Assembly: GCA_977862235.1 (NCBI GenBank)
Contig: OZ374557.1
Location: 2,728,001 to 2,792,000 of the forward strand
DNA: 64,000 nt
Direction: 5' to 3'
Source of the DNA: Dudresnaya verticillata
Taxonomy: Eukaryota
Positions 35,076-48,796 of the stretch are shown here, one piece after another. How positions within the stretch are numbered: position 1 is the stretch's first letter; every line of letters starts with the position of its first letter. The position numbers were made by a program, and so were the translations under genes. The notes under the pieces were generated by a model. That model was not told where the DNA came from. It did no database searches and saw only the letters and a list, made by a program, of their open reading frames with translations.

Positions 35076-36959
35076 ATGGCAAATGATGATGCGGAGCTGG
35101 AAAATACCACGTCTCTGTATCTTGATAGTTCCTCTTCATCTCGTTTCGTTCAAGAGCGACCAAATCCTCGTGATGAGGAAGCAAGAGTTGTTCCGACAGC
35201 TTTGCAAGGGACCGTGGTAGTAGAGGCACTGCCGTCCCGGCGGAGGATTAATCGCACGTCACGGGCGGAACGTCTAGCAGCGGAGCAAGCGACATGGGTT
35301 CGAGAAAAGTTTGGATTGGCAAGCAATGAAACGCTGGTCGCGTCGTTTTCTGCTGCTCTTGTGAAACATATTCTGCTCCAAGGGCGCATGCACATTACGA
35401 CGTCAGCGCTTTGTTTCTATGCGAAGCTTTTTGGGAGGGTTACAAAAGAAGCCTTTCCTTTCAGCACCATACGCCGCGTGAAGAAACGCCGGGGAGGGTT
35501 TGTTGCTAATGCCATCAAGATCTACTTTGCGGACTCAACGCAACCGGTTGTCATTGGCTCCTTAAACCATCGCGAAAGGGCGTTCACTATTATCCAGGAT
35601 CGGCTTCGCGAGATGAATCCTCATGCTCATGAGCCGCAAGATGAGAACGACACGGCTTCTAATATATCTGGCGGACCAGAATCCGAGGATATGTCAGCCG
35701 AGGACGACACACTTGCACATGGCGGCAGTTCCTCTGGTCATTGTGGTGTCAGGGATGAAATCCCAGATGGTGCCCAAATGGGTTCATGTGAGAACCACAC
35801 CTCCCGCTTCGCCCTGCACGAAAGTCAAGGTACTGATTACTTTGGAAGCGATTCAGCGAGCGTCTCATCCAGGAAGAGCTCGGATGCAGAACGCTTTTCA
35901 GCACATGGAGAAGATGTCCATTATTTGAGGGACCCAAAGTGCGTCTGGCAGACGGTGGATGACATTGTCGACCGTTTAGCAGCTAACGCATCCGATAAGA
36001 GGACGGAACGCGCTCGTGGGGTGCTGAATGCCCCTGTCATCGAAGTTTTCAATATTCTCTTTATCAGCGATTGGTTGAAATGCTACCATAACTCCTCACG
36101 CAACAGTGATGCGACATTTTCACAATGGTACAGAGCTTCAGATGGCTATATGACTCGTAATGTTTCGTTCACGAGACCGCTAGGGTACAAGATCGGTCCG
36201 AAAGAAACAAGAGTGAACGAGAAACAGAGGTATTCCTTCACGGACAAAGGGGGTGTTGTTGTAGAGTTTGAGGGGCGGAATTTGGATGCTCCATACGGTG
36301 ACTATTTCGTCGTGGAGTCCTTTTTCGAGCTTCAACCCGTTGTGAACAGCTCAAAAACCATGTTTATCGCTAGCATGGCTGTGCATTTCTCGAAAACCAC
36401 AATATTGCGCGGCAAGATCGAGGCAGGAGCACTTGCAGAAACGAAGACAGCTTTCGAGAAGATCCTTCAGTTAGCCTCGAAGCGTATTGATCGACGTTCA
36501 GCTTCAAGTATGCAACACGGTGGCACGGGCTCGTGTGTGAAAGCCAGTGGTAAGGAGAGGCCACTGCTTGACGTCCCACCGCGTCCGTTGAATAAGCAGC
36601 ACTTTTTAGAGCGCGTTGAGAAGACAGCTGCTATCCCTGCTGCTTCATTAGGGCGTCAGGATTGTCTGATGATCTCAGCAAATGAGGTTGGCGCGAAGAC
36701 TTCGTCTTCGTCAAAGGCTCATATGGTAGACACGGAGAACATTCAGACTGGCGGGGTGGGAAGGTTGTGGTCCGTCAGATGTTTGCATATCGTAGCATTG
36801 TCAGCCCTTCTTATTGTAGCGTTTCTGCTACTTCGTGTTGTAGTTTTGCTCATTCGAATGCAAAACGATGTGAACGCCCTTGAGATGCTGATGAGCGAGC
36901 TCAGGCGGCGCAATGCTGATAGATGTGGAGCGGGACCTTTTAACACGTGGGCCAAATAG
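35076..36959 (+). CDS. GRAM + VASt (StART-like) sterol-transfer protein with C-terminal TM helix (LAM/GRAMD1/VAD1 family)
   Basis: GRAM: FGLASNETLVASFSAAL...LLQGRMHITTSALCFYAKLFG...NAIKI. VASt: RNVSFTRPL...GPKET...DAPYGDYFVVE...FSKTTILRGKIE. Hydrophobic C-terminal helix. Intact 627-aa ORF. Confidence 0.9.
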   Translation: MANDDAELENTTSLYLDSSSSSRFVQERPNPRDEEARVVPTALQGTVVVEALPSRRRINRTSRAERLAAEQATWVREKFGLASNETLVASFSAALVKHILLQGRMHITTSALCFYAKLFGRVTKEAFPFSTIRRVKKRRGGFVANAIKIYFADSTQPVVIGSLNHRERAFTIIQDRLREMNPHAHEPQDENDTASNISGGPESEDMSAEDDTLAHGGSSSGHCGVRDEIPDGAQMGSCENHTSRFALHESQGTDYFGSDSASVSSRKSSDAERFSAHGEDVHYLRDPKCVWQTVDDIVDRLAANASDKRTERARGVLNAPVIEVFNILFISDWLKCYHNSSRNSDATFSQWYRASDGYMTRNVSFTRPLGYKIGPKETRVNEKQRYSFTDKGGVVVEFEGRNLDAPYGDYFVVESFFELQPVVNSSKTMFIASMAVHFSKTTILRGKIEAGALAETKTAFEKILQLASKRIDRRSASSMQHGGTGSCVKASGKERPLLDVPPRPLNKQHFLERVEKTAAIPAASLGRQDCLMISANEVGAKTSSSSKAHMVDTENIQTGGVGRLWSVRCLHIVALSALLIVAFLLLRVVVLLIRMQNDVNALEMLMSELRRRNADRCGAGPFNTWAK

Positions 36960-38214
36960 TCTGAAGCTTTGTCTCACGGTTTCCGGATGTGTACGTGCTT
37001 TTTGCAGTTCTCAACTTCTAGGAAAGCACTAGCTGGCAAAAGCGGGATTCGCTGCGTGCACAGACATGAAATAGGACATGGCATGTTTTCGTCCTTCAAT
37101 GATATCTGATCTCATTGTGCAGGACAGTGTAGTCCAAGTTTCCAAAGATACCTATTGCTCTACCGTGATTCAGTGACTTCAGCGAAAGCTGGTGACTCCA
37201 ACGTTTGATCTGCATTAATTGATCGAAACCTAGAGTGTGGTGATAGCCGCCTTAGATGGTTCATGCGCTCCTCGCGAGAGAGTTGCAGTCATGTCATCAC
37301 GTAGTGCAGCGTATGGATTCCCAGCATGTGCAGAGAAATGCATGGGAGTGATGCTGTATCGCATGCTTATTGTAGTAGGTGAAGTATCAAGGTGAACAAG
37401 TGCTCCAAAGAGCCTTTCGTGCTACGTAACACCGACAAGTCCCGTAAACAAAGCACACCAACTACGGGGAGTTCAAGATTAATTCAAGCAAAATAAGTCT
37501 CTTGCTAGTTGTCTCGCTTATTTGCAGCGAGCGTATCGCCTATAGTACTTTCAGAGTACTGCACTGCGACACCGTCACACTACTGAAAATGTCTCTGACT
37601 AACAATCTGGAGACCGAGCGCGAAATGTGGGACCGAAAGGTTGCCCACAACGCATAGTGCAAGCTCTAGCAATTCGTAGAGCGCTAGAATATCAAGATCG
37701 TACCTCACTCTGACTCCATGCCTCTTACCATCCCAAAAAAAGAGGCCAGTCTCTATGTTTTGCGTACTTGCGCGACCGTTCGGATGAATGGTCTACTCTG
37801 TAAATCCTTGCTCGCTTCCTTCGAGTCTTGCTATCCCTTTCAACCGTACGCTCACTTGACATAACAATTGTATTTAACTTCAAGACTCGTGACCATTCCA
37901 ATTCCTCCCGCATCTTCTAATCGAGCAAAATATCATCCCTGAGTGCTGCAGCGCTGGATATCGTTGATCACAAGCATGCTAAGCCAATCCAGCCAACACA
38001 AGATTTGCAGCATTCAAATACGTCTTCATAGCCCAATATCCTTGGACTTGCGTATACCAGCTTCAATCTCGTCCTCCAGTCAGAGCTTCCCAACATTTTA
38101 CAGTCGGCGTGAGAGCACGAAGTCTGCGTGCGCGAAACCATCGTATTCATCCATCTTCCATCCATCAAACATTATCTTGCAAACCCAGACTGGAGAGAAT
38201 TCTAGGGGTGGACA

Positions 38215-39402
38215 ATGACCACCAGCATGTTGCAGGCATCACGTCAGCCTGCGGACCATGTACCCCCGCAGCAACGCCAAACGTATGGACCATGGTGTCC
38301 TCACACAGGATGGCAGGATCCCTCAAGTCATGACCCACAAGTTTCGAATCCAATACCCACCAGTAAGCCTTCTGAAAGGCAACCGACATCTGAACCGCAC
38401 ACAAGACCATGTACATTTTCCAATCATCCAGCACCTACATCTACCCCATCAGCAGTTCAAGACGCTACCGGTGGTGGCTCTGTCCCAATAGGGCATGATG
38501 ACTGCATTACTTCGTTACCACCGTACTACCAGTCACGCCCCCAAGAGGCAATGCCATATTACCCACGCCAGGCTTATCTTGACATCCGGGTCTATGCGAC
38601 TCCATACGGGTACACGGCCAACCACGAGCCACTATTTGTACAATTCGGCACTGGAGCGGCTGAGGCAGCTGCGCAGGCTATTACAAGTATTGGAAACGGA
38701 TACACATATGCAGTACCATACAATCACGACGAAGCAAGCCAAGATGGCCACTACGGATACAGCGGATATGACGCCCATCGCTGGAATACTCACGGAGGGG
38801 AGGGAGTTCAGGGGTACAGTGCTTCCCTTGGTGCAGAGGAGCAACTACGATCAAGAGGGCAACGTAGAAGCGCAGAAATTCGTGACAGAAGGAACCAATC
38901 ATTAGGTATTCCGTCAGACAGAGACTCAAAGAGAGCTCAAGAGGGCAGCGAGAAGCCTCAAATAGACGAAAGAGCATCAGGGAGGATTACTTGGACAAAT
39001 GATCTGCATACTAAATTCCTCCAAGCACTAGACGAGATTGGACTTGAACAAGCTGTTCCAATGGCGATTCTCAAGCGAATGCGAGTAGAAGGACTCACTC
39101 GGGAGCAGGTGGCAAGTCACTTACAAAAGCATCGAACCACGCTAAAGCGCAAGCAGGAGGAAAGAGTTCGAGAAATATTGGTTAGGGCTGCGGCAAAAGG
39201 TGTGCTTGGAGAGGACGCAGAGGCAACTGAACAAGAAGTCTTAGCGGCAGTGCAGGAGGAAGAGCACGTAGAAGAAAGGCGTAAGAGAAGGACGAGGATA
39301 CCAAGCAAAAAGCCTAGTGCTATTGGTGTTCCGGTTGAAGGTGGCAAGGAGTGGAAAGTCAAGAAGCCACGTAGGCATCCGTCCAAGCACTCGAAAGAAT
39401 AG
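38215..39402 (+). CDS. GARP/G2-like MYB-related transcription factor
   Basis: RITWTNDLHTKFLQALDEIGLEQAVPMAILKRMRVEGLTREQVASHLQKHR (SHLQK motif). Intact 395-aa ORF. Confidence 0.9.
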   Translation: MTTSMLQASRQPADHVPPQQRQTYGPWCPHTGWQDPSSHDPQVSNPIPTSKPSERQPTSEPHTRPCTFSNHPAPTSTPSAVQDATGGGSVPIGHDDCITSLPPYYQSRPQEAMPYYPRQAYLDIRVYATPYGYTANHEPLFVQFGTGAAEAAAQAITSIGNGYTYAVPYNHDEASQDGHYGYSGYDAHRWNTHGGEGVQGYSASLGAEEQLRSRGQRRSAEIRDRRNQSLGIPSDRDSKRAQEGSEKPQIDERASGRITWTNDLHTKFLQALDEIGLEQAVPMAILKRMRVEGLTREQVASHLQKHRTTLKRKQEERVREILVRAAAKGVLGEDAEATEQEVLAAVQEEEHVEERRKRRTRIPSKKPSAIGVPVEGGKEWKVKKPRRHPSKHSKE

Positions 39403-41174
39403 AGTCTTCCAAACGTCGCGCTTCCCGAATCTCCATTCCATCTCGCTGACATAAGACACAAAGCGAGTTGGCCACATAGGACGTCACGACCGTAACCATG
39501 GGATGTGTATACTGCGAGAATACAAGCTGCTGTTGGCACTACGCACCTGGCCAGCCTTGCATCAGGCCACTACTTCTCGGGATACGGTGTACGTATATGT
39601 ACAGTACACCGTCGTCAGCGTAGTCTCCACCACTGTTGCGAAAGTGAATACCTCAACCTTGAGCTTGGACTGGAGGGCAAGGTCCCACAAAGTTTGACGC
39701 TCTCGATAAATCAAGGGAATGACCGGTAAAAAAACAGTTACCGAGTTTCATCAATTTTAGGCGGTGTACCGTGGCAACCAGGGTGCGGCGGGTGTCAGTC
39801 AATATGTAGTGACCCAATTACCGCGCTCTATCCTCAGCCAAAATTCGGGCCACGTCACGTATACTCAACTGCTGATTGGTCGCTCTTGGTCAATACATTC
39901 ACTCTATACTCAAAATAGAAAACTTGGCACACAGGCATTGGTCCGCGGCCATTCCGTGACAATAGTGACTAATGGTAACGCGTTTCAAATCGGAACGGTC
40001 GGAAAACGCTCGGGTGTGCAGCCGCGATTGAGGGCCGGTCGGAACAAGCGACCTTTCGTGGCGCCCCCCACCCCATGACATTTGGCACAATGCCAGTGGT
40101 GCGCCCAATGTTAAATTAAACTGAAACGGATGCATTACAGTCCAGAGCAGCGACCGCAGTCCTAGTCGACACTTGTCGCCGCCATAGGCAGCGATCTCCA
40201 CTCTTCAAGCCACGTTGCATACACTTGTCCGAATTCCGTATGGGCACGGGAACGGTATTTGCTACGGAAAAGGACAGCTGTCCTGACGGTGCACAACACA
40301 CTAGCTTAGGTAGCTCGGGAAAAGGGGTTGGTAGAGACTTTGAAAGGCACAGTGCCTAAGGGAAAAGGGGGAAAAGGGACGGCGCCACCCAGCTCGCACA
40401 GAGCAACCGTCGTGTGGAGGCAAGGCTCGTAAAGCACCTCAAAACGAGGTTACGGGAGTCCGTAAATTCCAGAAAAAGGGTAAAGACCCGAAACCCACTG
40501 TGAGTTCTATTCAGGAGGCCCCTGCTACTCAGGGGCCTATTAAGTATACAGAGCCGAAAATGCTCTTACCTCCTAGGAGCTATATTCTAAGCTGTTCTAG
40601 CTGTAATTATTAGTCTAATCGTACTGCTGTCAGTTATAAATACAGATTAGTGGTAGTACCGCGTCGGGACGCGTGAGCGGCCACAATAAATTACCCAATG
40701 GCAATTTGCCATCAATGTTGGTGCCAGCAGGGACGCCAGCGAGGCGCATCGCCCTTACAGCGCACGGCGCTTGTGCGGTCCTTACAGCTTGATACGCGTG
40801 GGCGTCTTGCACCTTCATGCGCACAAAGGACTTACAGTGCGCCAGCACTTCTGCTGCGGCTCATTCTTCCACACGGACGCGCTTGTGAGATGATGATGAC
40901 GGTTCTGCAAAACACCACCCTGTAGCCCAGGTAAATCAGCCCGGTTACCTTAGTGAAGGGGCTCCTGTCCTGGAATACCCCATCCATATCCGGAGACCCT
41001 AGCACAACTCATGTCTACCATTGCCTTCTGGAACTGACGAAGCGTGATCTGACGTCAATTACCAGGGTCTGGAAAAGAAAGAATAGTGGTGCTAATAAGA
41101 CATGTGTTTTTAGACTCTTCCGATACGTAACGTACCACATTGAGGAAGTGCACTGTGGTGCATGTGGTATAACG

Positions 41175-41848
41175 TGTGGTGAAGTGAAAGGCACACCTGT
41201 AAGGAGAGGTGATCAGGCAATCCCGATAAGGAGTGATCCCACACGGCACCGGGGTGGTAGAGCTTAGTTCGTGGACCGAAGGGAGTATCTCGAGCGGCAA
41301 CACCTGTAAGGAGTAAACGGACGCAACAGACAAGGGGGACGGTACAGTGCCAGGACAGCTACACCTGGACGGAGGTAAGAGGAATCCGTGCACGGGGCTG
41401 GCGAGGGGAAACCATAAAGAAGTATGAGGGTAAGGCTTAGGGTAAGTCACGGTGCCCAGGGTTGCGTACCCGTTTACTGTAGGACTCGCGGTGGCCACCC
41501 ATTAATATACTGGGAGATACACCCCGCGGTCCGGTCCGTGTGGGCCAGACCCCAATGGGTCTGGTCCACCAGGTGGTCCGACCCTACTGGTCCCGGTCAC
41601 CGTTGCGGACATGCTCGGCATTCTCATTGGCCGGCTGACACTACGTACTGTACAGCATGATTATAATTACCTAATTACAAATAAATCAACTACTTGGCTC
41701 CTATTGGTGGTGCGCGCAGACTCCAGCAGGGCATACAGTGCTACTGGGTCACTGCACTCCGCTTCGGCTTTTGGCGCCAGCTCACCGGTGCGCCGGCCGC
41801 GGGTCGGCTCAACCGTCGTCCGCACTCCGAAACGGCCGCTTCACCACA
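41175..41848 (-). repeat. 3' LTR of Gypsy sister family B
   Basis: Termini TGTGGTGAAG...CTTCACCACA. Adjacent polypurine tract on the minus strand (TTTAAGGAGGGGGGCC, 41849-41864). Only patchy similarity to LTR family A. Confidence 0.8.
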
Positions 41849-41863
41849 GGCCCCCCTCCTTAA

Positions 41864-44723
41864 ATGGCGACACGTCCTCGTGCGCCTCGGGAGTTGGGTA
41901 CTCACTCCACTCAGGTATACCGCAACATTCCATCATCCACTCCTTTACCAACCGGTGCATCATCTTGCCGATCAACCAACGCGCTCTTCCATTCCGGTGT
42001 GCCGCTTGCCATGCCGGGTGGCAGCACTGACCGCGGGCGGTCCCCTTTTCAGCCGACGCGCCATTCGCAGTCGGCGGGGGAGGTGCCAGCAGCGGAGATT
42101 TCCACGCGAGAAGAAGAGGCGCGGCCGACCACCATACCGGAGTTGCCTATCGTAGGGGCCGGAGCGCCAGGGCGTCCAACGAGCCCGAGGGTGCCACGCC
42201 GCCGCATTCAGGGCGAGGGCCCGACTTCGGGTACACCGCTTCCGGATCGCCAAGTGGGAGGTGGGGCACATAGGCCTGGTAGGGCCATAGGTAACACCGA
42301 AATGGAGTGCCGCGCAAGCGCTGAGACACGACAGGGGGGAGTCACGCCGGATGCGCCGGAGCAGCAGTGGTGGACTCCGCTTGGTCGGACTAGGATCGTG
42401 CACCTACTGCCGTCACCGATGAGGGGCGGCGTGATTACTCCACCTGGGCCAAGGTCGTTCACTCCAGCTGGGTATCGGGGTCTCGCAAGCTCAACCGAGT
42501 ACACCGATGAGGCGACGTGGTTGGGTCGCGAATACGATCACCGCACCGGTCGGCGTCATCGCACCGAAGAGGGGCGCGGCATGGTCCGCCTCCCCCTTCC
42601 CGTTTCGGTGTTCGTGATGGATTACGCCGAGATGCTGGAGGGGCGCCGCTATAACGCCGTGACGGAGTCAAGCGGGCTGATCAACCACAAGTGGTTTCCG
42701 AACCGGCGGGAAGAAATGTGGAAGTCCCGCTGGATTCACTCCGCGTGCCGGACACGGACTCCTCGTGGGTGTGACATCGTATGGGTGCGGTGTCAGGAAG
42801 AATAGGGTTATGCCGAGAAGGTGTTCCGCTTATTGGTGTCCGCACATCGGCTGCAGGATCGTCCAGTGGGTGTGGAGTTTTTGTGCGACACCAAACCGTA
42901 CGACCAGGGTGTACATTGGTTTGGCAATCCGCAGCGGTGGTCCGACGACGCAGCGAAGGAACACCGACTCCGTTCACGGGATCGCGATGGGCGCCGCTTG
43001 GGTAGGGTGTTACTCCACACGTGGAATACCCACGAATTCTTCCAAGTGCCGTCGTCATCGCACCGCAGCCTCTACCTTACCGCGCCGGAATGGTGGGCAG
43101 AATACGAGGTCACCCGCTGGCTTTCGGTGCCAACTCCGACTGTGGTGGCGTACTTCACGAATAGGTTCCTTCGACACCGTAATTGGAAAGAGTTACACCC
43201 TAGCGGAGAGAAGTCAATCGATCACCCACAGATGGCCGTTTTGGAGTTGATCCTGCGTTCGGAGTGGGTGATGTTCGTCCTCTTTTCGTGGCTTCAAGTT
43301 ACCTATCGCGGTGTGCGTGCCAACACGAAAATGACCGATTGGAGAGCCTTCCCAAGGGACAGCACCGAGCCGGAGGGTGGCGACTGTGGGCGTATTTTCG
43401 AGTTGCCCGCTAAGGTCGTCGCGCTCATACACCAAATGGGAGTAGCCGCGCTCGTGGAGGGGACCGAGTATCCATTGGAGCGCGTGCAACGGTTGTTCAC
43501 GATCCACGCAAACACCAACTGGAAGAAGACATCGGGTTTCGTCGGCTAGCATTGGGACGACGACCGGGTGTTGTCCGTTCCGCCGCTGAGTCCAGGGTGC
43601 GGCCTACCTTACTACCTATCGGCGGAGGATCCCAATCCGGTGTGGTTGCTTGATGAGGAGATGGACAACTGGCATGCGATGCGATCCCACGCAAGGCACT
43701 ACTCGGTCACGGAGGGGCCACCGAGGCGGTCGCCGCGAGTGGGGTATGCCGTCTGGGGCACGTCCGAGAGGCGGGAGCCCCTTGGCGGATCAGGAAGAAG
43801 TTACACCCGTGGGAGTGGTAGGTATTGAGCCAGCGCGTGCAGACCCGAGGATGTTGGTGCCCCGCGAATCGCCAGAGGTTGAAGCGAGTAACCGCGATCG
43901 CGCGGCGGCACCGCCGACTAAGCCCGTAAAGGTGTCTCCAAAAGGAGCGGAGGCACAGGGGACGAAGGTTGTGCTGCCGCCCCCGTCAGCACCGGAGCAC
44001 ACCGATGCGGTTCCAATTAGGACAGTGGTGCGGCCGAGGGTTAGTGAGTCCCGTGCTCCACCAACTATGGGAGAGAAGGTTACCAGCGTGGAGACCCAGC
44101 CAGTAGCGCGGGCGGCCAAGACCGCTCAGCTGGGACCCATTGGGACGCCAGAAGACTCCGATGCGGAAATTGCTACCACGCCGATGGGGAAAAGAAAGGC
44201 GTCTACACCATTGGGGGTGAATCCGTCCGCTAAAATGCAGGGCGGTACACCAAAGCGGGGCGGCGTTGTCAAACCGACGTCGACAGAGTCCAGTGACTCC
44301 GTCGTCTGCGTCACGCCCTTGGATCCGGATGGTACCGCGGCAAGGCTTACCGACTCCGTCACGGTAAAGGAGTAGAAGGACACCGATGCGGAGATGTCGA
44401 CGTGGTGCGACGCGGATTTGCGTGTCGATGGGGCTGCGCTGCAGCGACTCCGCGAAGGGTGTAGGGCCGCGGGTATGCCACTTCCAGCGTCGGCGAACGA
44501 GGCTATTAACACCGCTGTGCTGTGGGTCGGGCGTCTGGCGCGCCTACGGCGTACCATTCGCGCTTTGCGTCGACGCATGGCAAACACCGGCAGGAGACTC
44601 ACCATGATTACCGCAAGGGTGTATGGTGAGGATATTCCCGACTTGGAGGAGAGTGCGGCGAAAGAGGAAGATACGGAGGCTGACCTGGCGCCGCCAGCGA
44701 AGCGTCCACGAAATGCGGTGTAA
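41864..44723 (+). pseudogene. Long ORF (~950 codons) antisense to gag-pol inside the retrotransposon; unknown function; interrupted
   Basis: ORFs 41864-42805, 42821-43549 and 43568-43828 share a frame, separated by single TAGs. ORFs 43650-44375 and 44394-44723 share a second frame. The central region is Trp/His/Arg-rich. Confidence 0.6.
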
Positions 44724-46319
44724 GCGCAGAAATGCCACTTGCCATTTAACCGTAGAAAGGATTATATCCACTACCCGTTGGAAGGTTGCCGGTGCATTTT
44801 CAATCCGAATGGCATTCTCCGAAAACGATATAAGCCAAAATGGCTAGTGAAGGCAGTTTTGTCCCTTTCCTCTTCCGGAATCTCGACTTGCCAATATCCG
44901 CTATTGCAATCCAGGGTGGTAAATACAGTAGCTTCCCCAAGGGAATCTATGCACTCATCCATCCTGGGAAAGGGATATGAGTCCCTAACCGTTACGGAAT
45001 TGAGCCTTCTATAGTCAACACAGAACCGCATGGTGCCATCCTTTTTTGGAACGAAAACCACGGGGCTGGCCCACTCCGATGAGGCTGGTTCAATTACCTT
45101 AGCGGAAAGCATGCGATCGATCTCTGTCTTTTCGAGATCTCGCTGCTTATGTCCGGCACGGTATGGGGCTTGATATACTGGCTTCGCTCCGGGAGTTAAC
45201 TCGATGCGGTGCTTGGCAGCTGTAATGTTGCCAAGATCGCCACTCCACATCGACTTATATTCCTCGAATAGGGTTAAAATCCGTTTACGGAGCGATGCTT
45301 CTTCGGTGCCGATCTGGACTTGATCCTTCCAGTCGGTAGTATTTGTATTTTCCGTTATGGTTGCTTACTTCCTTGTCGTGAGGGGAGATGCTGCTGGCCT
45401 TTTCGGAGGTAGGGTTAGAATTAAACGATTGAATAATTCCTCCCCCCTCCTTAAATGGAGGTAAACCGTCAACGGTAAAAATAGCAGAAGGGGCAGCAGT
45501 AGAAAGGCCCACGACAGTACATTTGGGCAACCGTACCGGCTTGTTAGAAAAATTAGAGACCCAGATCCGAAACGGTTTGTTAGGTACAACATCTATAATA
45601 CCATTAGCCATTAACGTAAGGTGCTTAAAAGCCGGCTTAGGATGATTTTGTAGAAAGCATAACCCACCCGTGGGGTATTAACCGTTACGGTGGTTTGAGT
45701 CATAGGGGAATAAGGGTAGATCTTGCTAAACGAATTTTCTGAGAAACCGTAGCGGTGGATAGAGATGAGGGCTGTAGGTTTGCGGCGTTACCCGTCTTCG
45801 GATTTTTGGCTTGACCAACAAGGGATACCAGTGGGTAATGATGAAAAACAACTTTCCGTAACGGAGGGAGGATTGCCTTCACGTAGCGGTCGATGAAGGT
45901 AGTTCCCAAAATACAGGGAGCCGCCAAGTTCGCGACCACTAGAAAATGGACGCGAGCACGGAGCTCTCCGATACGGACGAAAAGTTGGATCTGACCAAGA
46001 GGGCGTATAGCGCGATTAGACGCATCCCGTAATGGAGGACTGGCTGCTGGGCGTATTAGTGGGAGCCATTGGCGCGGAAGGCGCCTGGCACTAATGAGAT
46101 TGGGCCCAGCGCCAGAGTCCAAGACGGAGATTAAAGGAAGCATCACGCTATCTGTCCGTCCCACGGTAATTTGCATCTTGTAATTTTGATGTTGCATAAA
46201 GCAGATAGTATCATTGGTCTGATAAGCCAATGGGAGTTCCGTAACGGTATCTCGCCGATCCCCTGACGGGTCCACACTCGCGAGAGGTGGAACGCCGTGA
46301 GGCGGGGATGGCGGCGCCC

Positions 46320-48796
46320 TTACGCATCCCCCCTTGAGTTTTCCGAATTCAAGGTTGCACCAGTCGGATCCGCCTCCATGGGCTCGCGCAATTCTGCGAG
46401 TTCCACTCCGTCATGGTCCTCCACCGATAGTATCGGGGCATTCCGTTGCAGACGGGTCGTATGCGGCTTGCCCCGATTCCCTTGTGGATTCGAACTGGTG
46501 CCTACTACGAACCTGCGGCCTACAGGGTAATGCTTCTGGAAGTTGCGTTCGCGCTCTTCCATAAGCCTAACCCGATCAGAGTCATGTATCCATGGGCAAA
46601 CAACGTGCTCTGGCGAAAGGCAGATGCGACAGTTACCACTTCCGTAAAGGCGTCGGACCCGAGGATCCGACTCATCCCGTAGCGGAGGTGCTGGTTGCTG
46701 CTGTCCTCGCCCACCGTGGGCATTATTTCCCTAACGGTGACTCGGCTGCTGTTGGGGGCCAGCCGGGCGAGATCCACCATAGGGGGGACCTTGCGCGCGT
46801 GGCATCCTGGGCGGAGTAGGGTGGACGCTTTGCGGGGGCGAGGAGTACGGGGTAGAAAAGGTAACCCCCGTGCTCGTACCCGTAGCGGCACCGTGGCCTC
46901 CCTCGACGGCTAGCACTTGATTATCCGTAGCGAAAGATTCCCTTGCGGCTCATAGTGTACATCCGATACGGAATCCTGCGATAACACCTTAGACGGGCGT
47001 GCTTTAGTGCGTCCATCAAAGACGTGAGCCGGAACGGTTTGGCGTTGAGCTGCCCGATGGGACTGACCCAGGCCAGTCGCATAGCGAGTGATGGCCTGAT
47101 AATCCAACTGGGAATGCGTCGCCAGATAATTTCTCATCTGTTGACGAGTGCCCGGTAGGAGTCCTTCAACGAACAGTGACTTCAATGCCCGATCGGAAAA
47201 TACTGTACCGCAACGGAGAGCCTTGGCCCAGAGCTGGTTTGAGAACTGCTCTTCCGTCATGGCGGATGTTTGCCTGAAGTTGCGGACATCCGTATAGGCT
47301 TCAGCAATCACTTCATCCGTAGCGTAGGTTCTCAATAAAAAGTTCACCACCTCAGAATATGTGCGGAGCATCTCGGCCTGCTCCACGTCAACCGCCATGG
47401 TACCTCCAGCAAGCCTAGCCTGTAGAAGGGCTTCGGCCGGTACTTCAAGGAAAAACTGGAAGCACCAGACGGCAACCGCTTCGGTGATGCCGTTGATATT
47501 ACAACCGTCACGGAACTTAGCGAGAAATCCCAAGACGGTAATAGGGTCCGTCCCATCGAATGTATGGGACGACATCTGGACGTCGAGTTTCTTCCGTATA
47601 CGGCTCATGTTCTGTGAGAACTTAGAGCCGTAGGTCTTACTCCTCTTATCCAATCGGTAGGTGCCGTAGTCCAGCGCCTTGACAAACTTGTCATGTAGCG
47701 GCCGGATTACCTTCACCTTTCCGGATTTGGCACCGTGTTTTCTGGCCCGGTGCCCATTCTCTCTATCCGTTACGGAAGAACTCTCTGAGTCTGAATCCGT
47801 AGAGGTAGAGGAGTCATGCCTTTTTCGCCTTTCCGCGATCTTCTGTTTCTCCTCTTGCGGTGGCGGTGTTGGCTATCCTCTGAGCTGCACTCATTGGATT
47901 CCATACCGGATTGGTGGCGTCGTCGCTGGGTGTGGTCGCCCATGTGCGACCGACGGGGAGGGTCAGAGCGGGAGTGTCGGGCATCTCGTTTATGCCGACC
48001 TCGACCGGTCCTCCGACTCGGATGGGGTGAGCTGGACGCATCGCTGAGTTGGTCGCTGCCTCCACCTGATCGAACCGGAACGGTATAGCGCTCTTTCTGA
48101 TAGCGCCCTGGCGTAGGCACATCTACGTGTCCAGGAGAATACCGTAACGGTGGCTGAGTGGGTGTTGGTCCCGTAGGGGCGTGTTGATGTTGAGAATCCG
48201 TTACGGGAGCCGGTGGCAGTGGCCCAGAGGGTACTGTGCCCGGCTGCAATCCCATAACGGGGGGTTTGTTGCGGCTGCTGCGTTCTTCCCTCGACCGGGA
48301 ATTCATTCCGTAACGGTGGTTGCTCAGTGAAAGCTTCCGTAGCGGGAGGCCTTGCCATGCCGGGAGCAATCTGGCTCTCGAGCTCGGCGGCCACCTTTTC
48401 CTGTAGGATCAAAGCTTGCACTATCCGAGGAAGGTGCTGCTCCAGATAGGAATTAACCAAAGACGGAACAGTTTCCGAGAGGGATATCTCCACCTCTTTT
48501 ACCATTCCAGGTTGTACTTCCAATCGGAGATGCTCTAAAACCCTAGGAAGGACCTCCGACAGGACGCAGTGGACCCGATGGGATTCCGGCTTGGGTTGCG
48601 GAGCTGCCTTCTTCGAGGCGTCTGATCCGACACGGGAACGGGGAGCTTTACCAGCAGCACCCTTTAGGATGTCTTCTGGGTTCTCCACTCCGGAACGGAT
48701 TTCACCTCCTTCACTGCGCAGACTGCGCGCAGCGGGGGTAGTGTCACCCGCTTTGGGTTCCGTAACGGGAGGGTCTGCGTGTTCTTCGTTCTGCAT
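46320..48796 (-). pseudogene. gag: gag-like polyprotein of Gypsy family A, fragmented
   Basis: Chain of ORFs from ATG 48796. Capsid-like 46910-47716 (FDGTDPITVLGFLAKF...FRQTSAMTEEQFS...FVEGLLP). Knuckle-like CRICLSPEHVVCP near 46590-46630. Confidence 0.7.
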
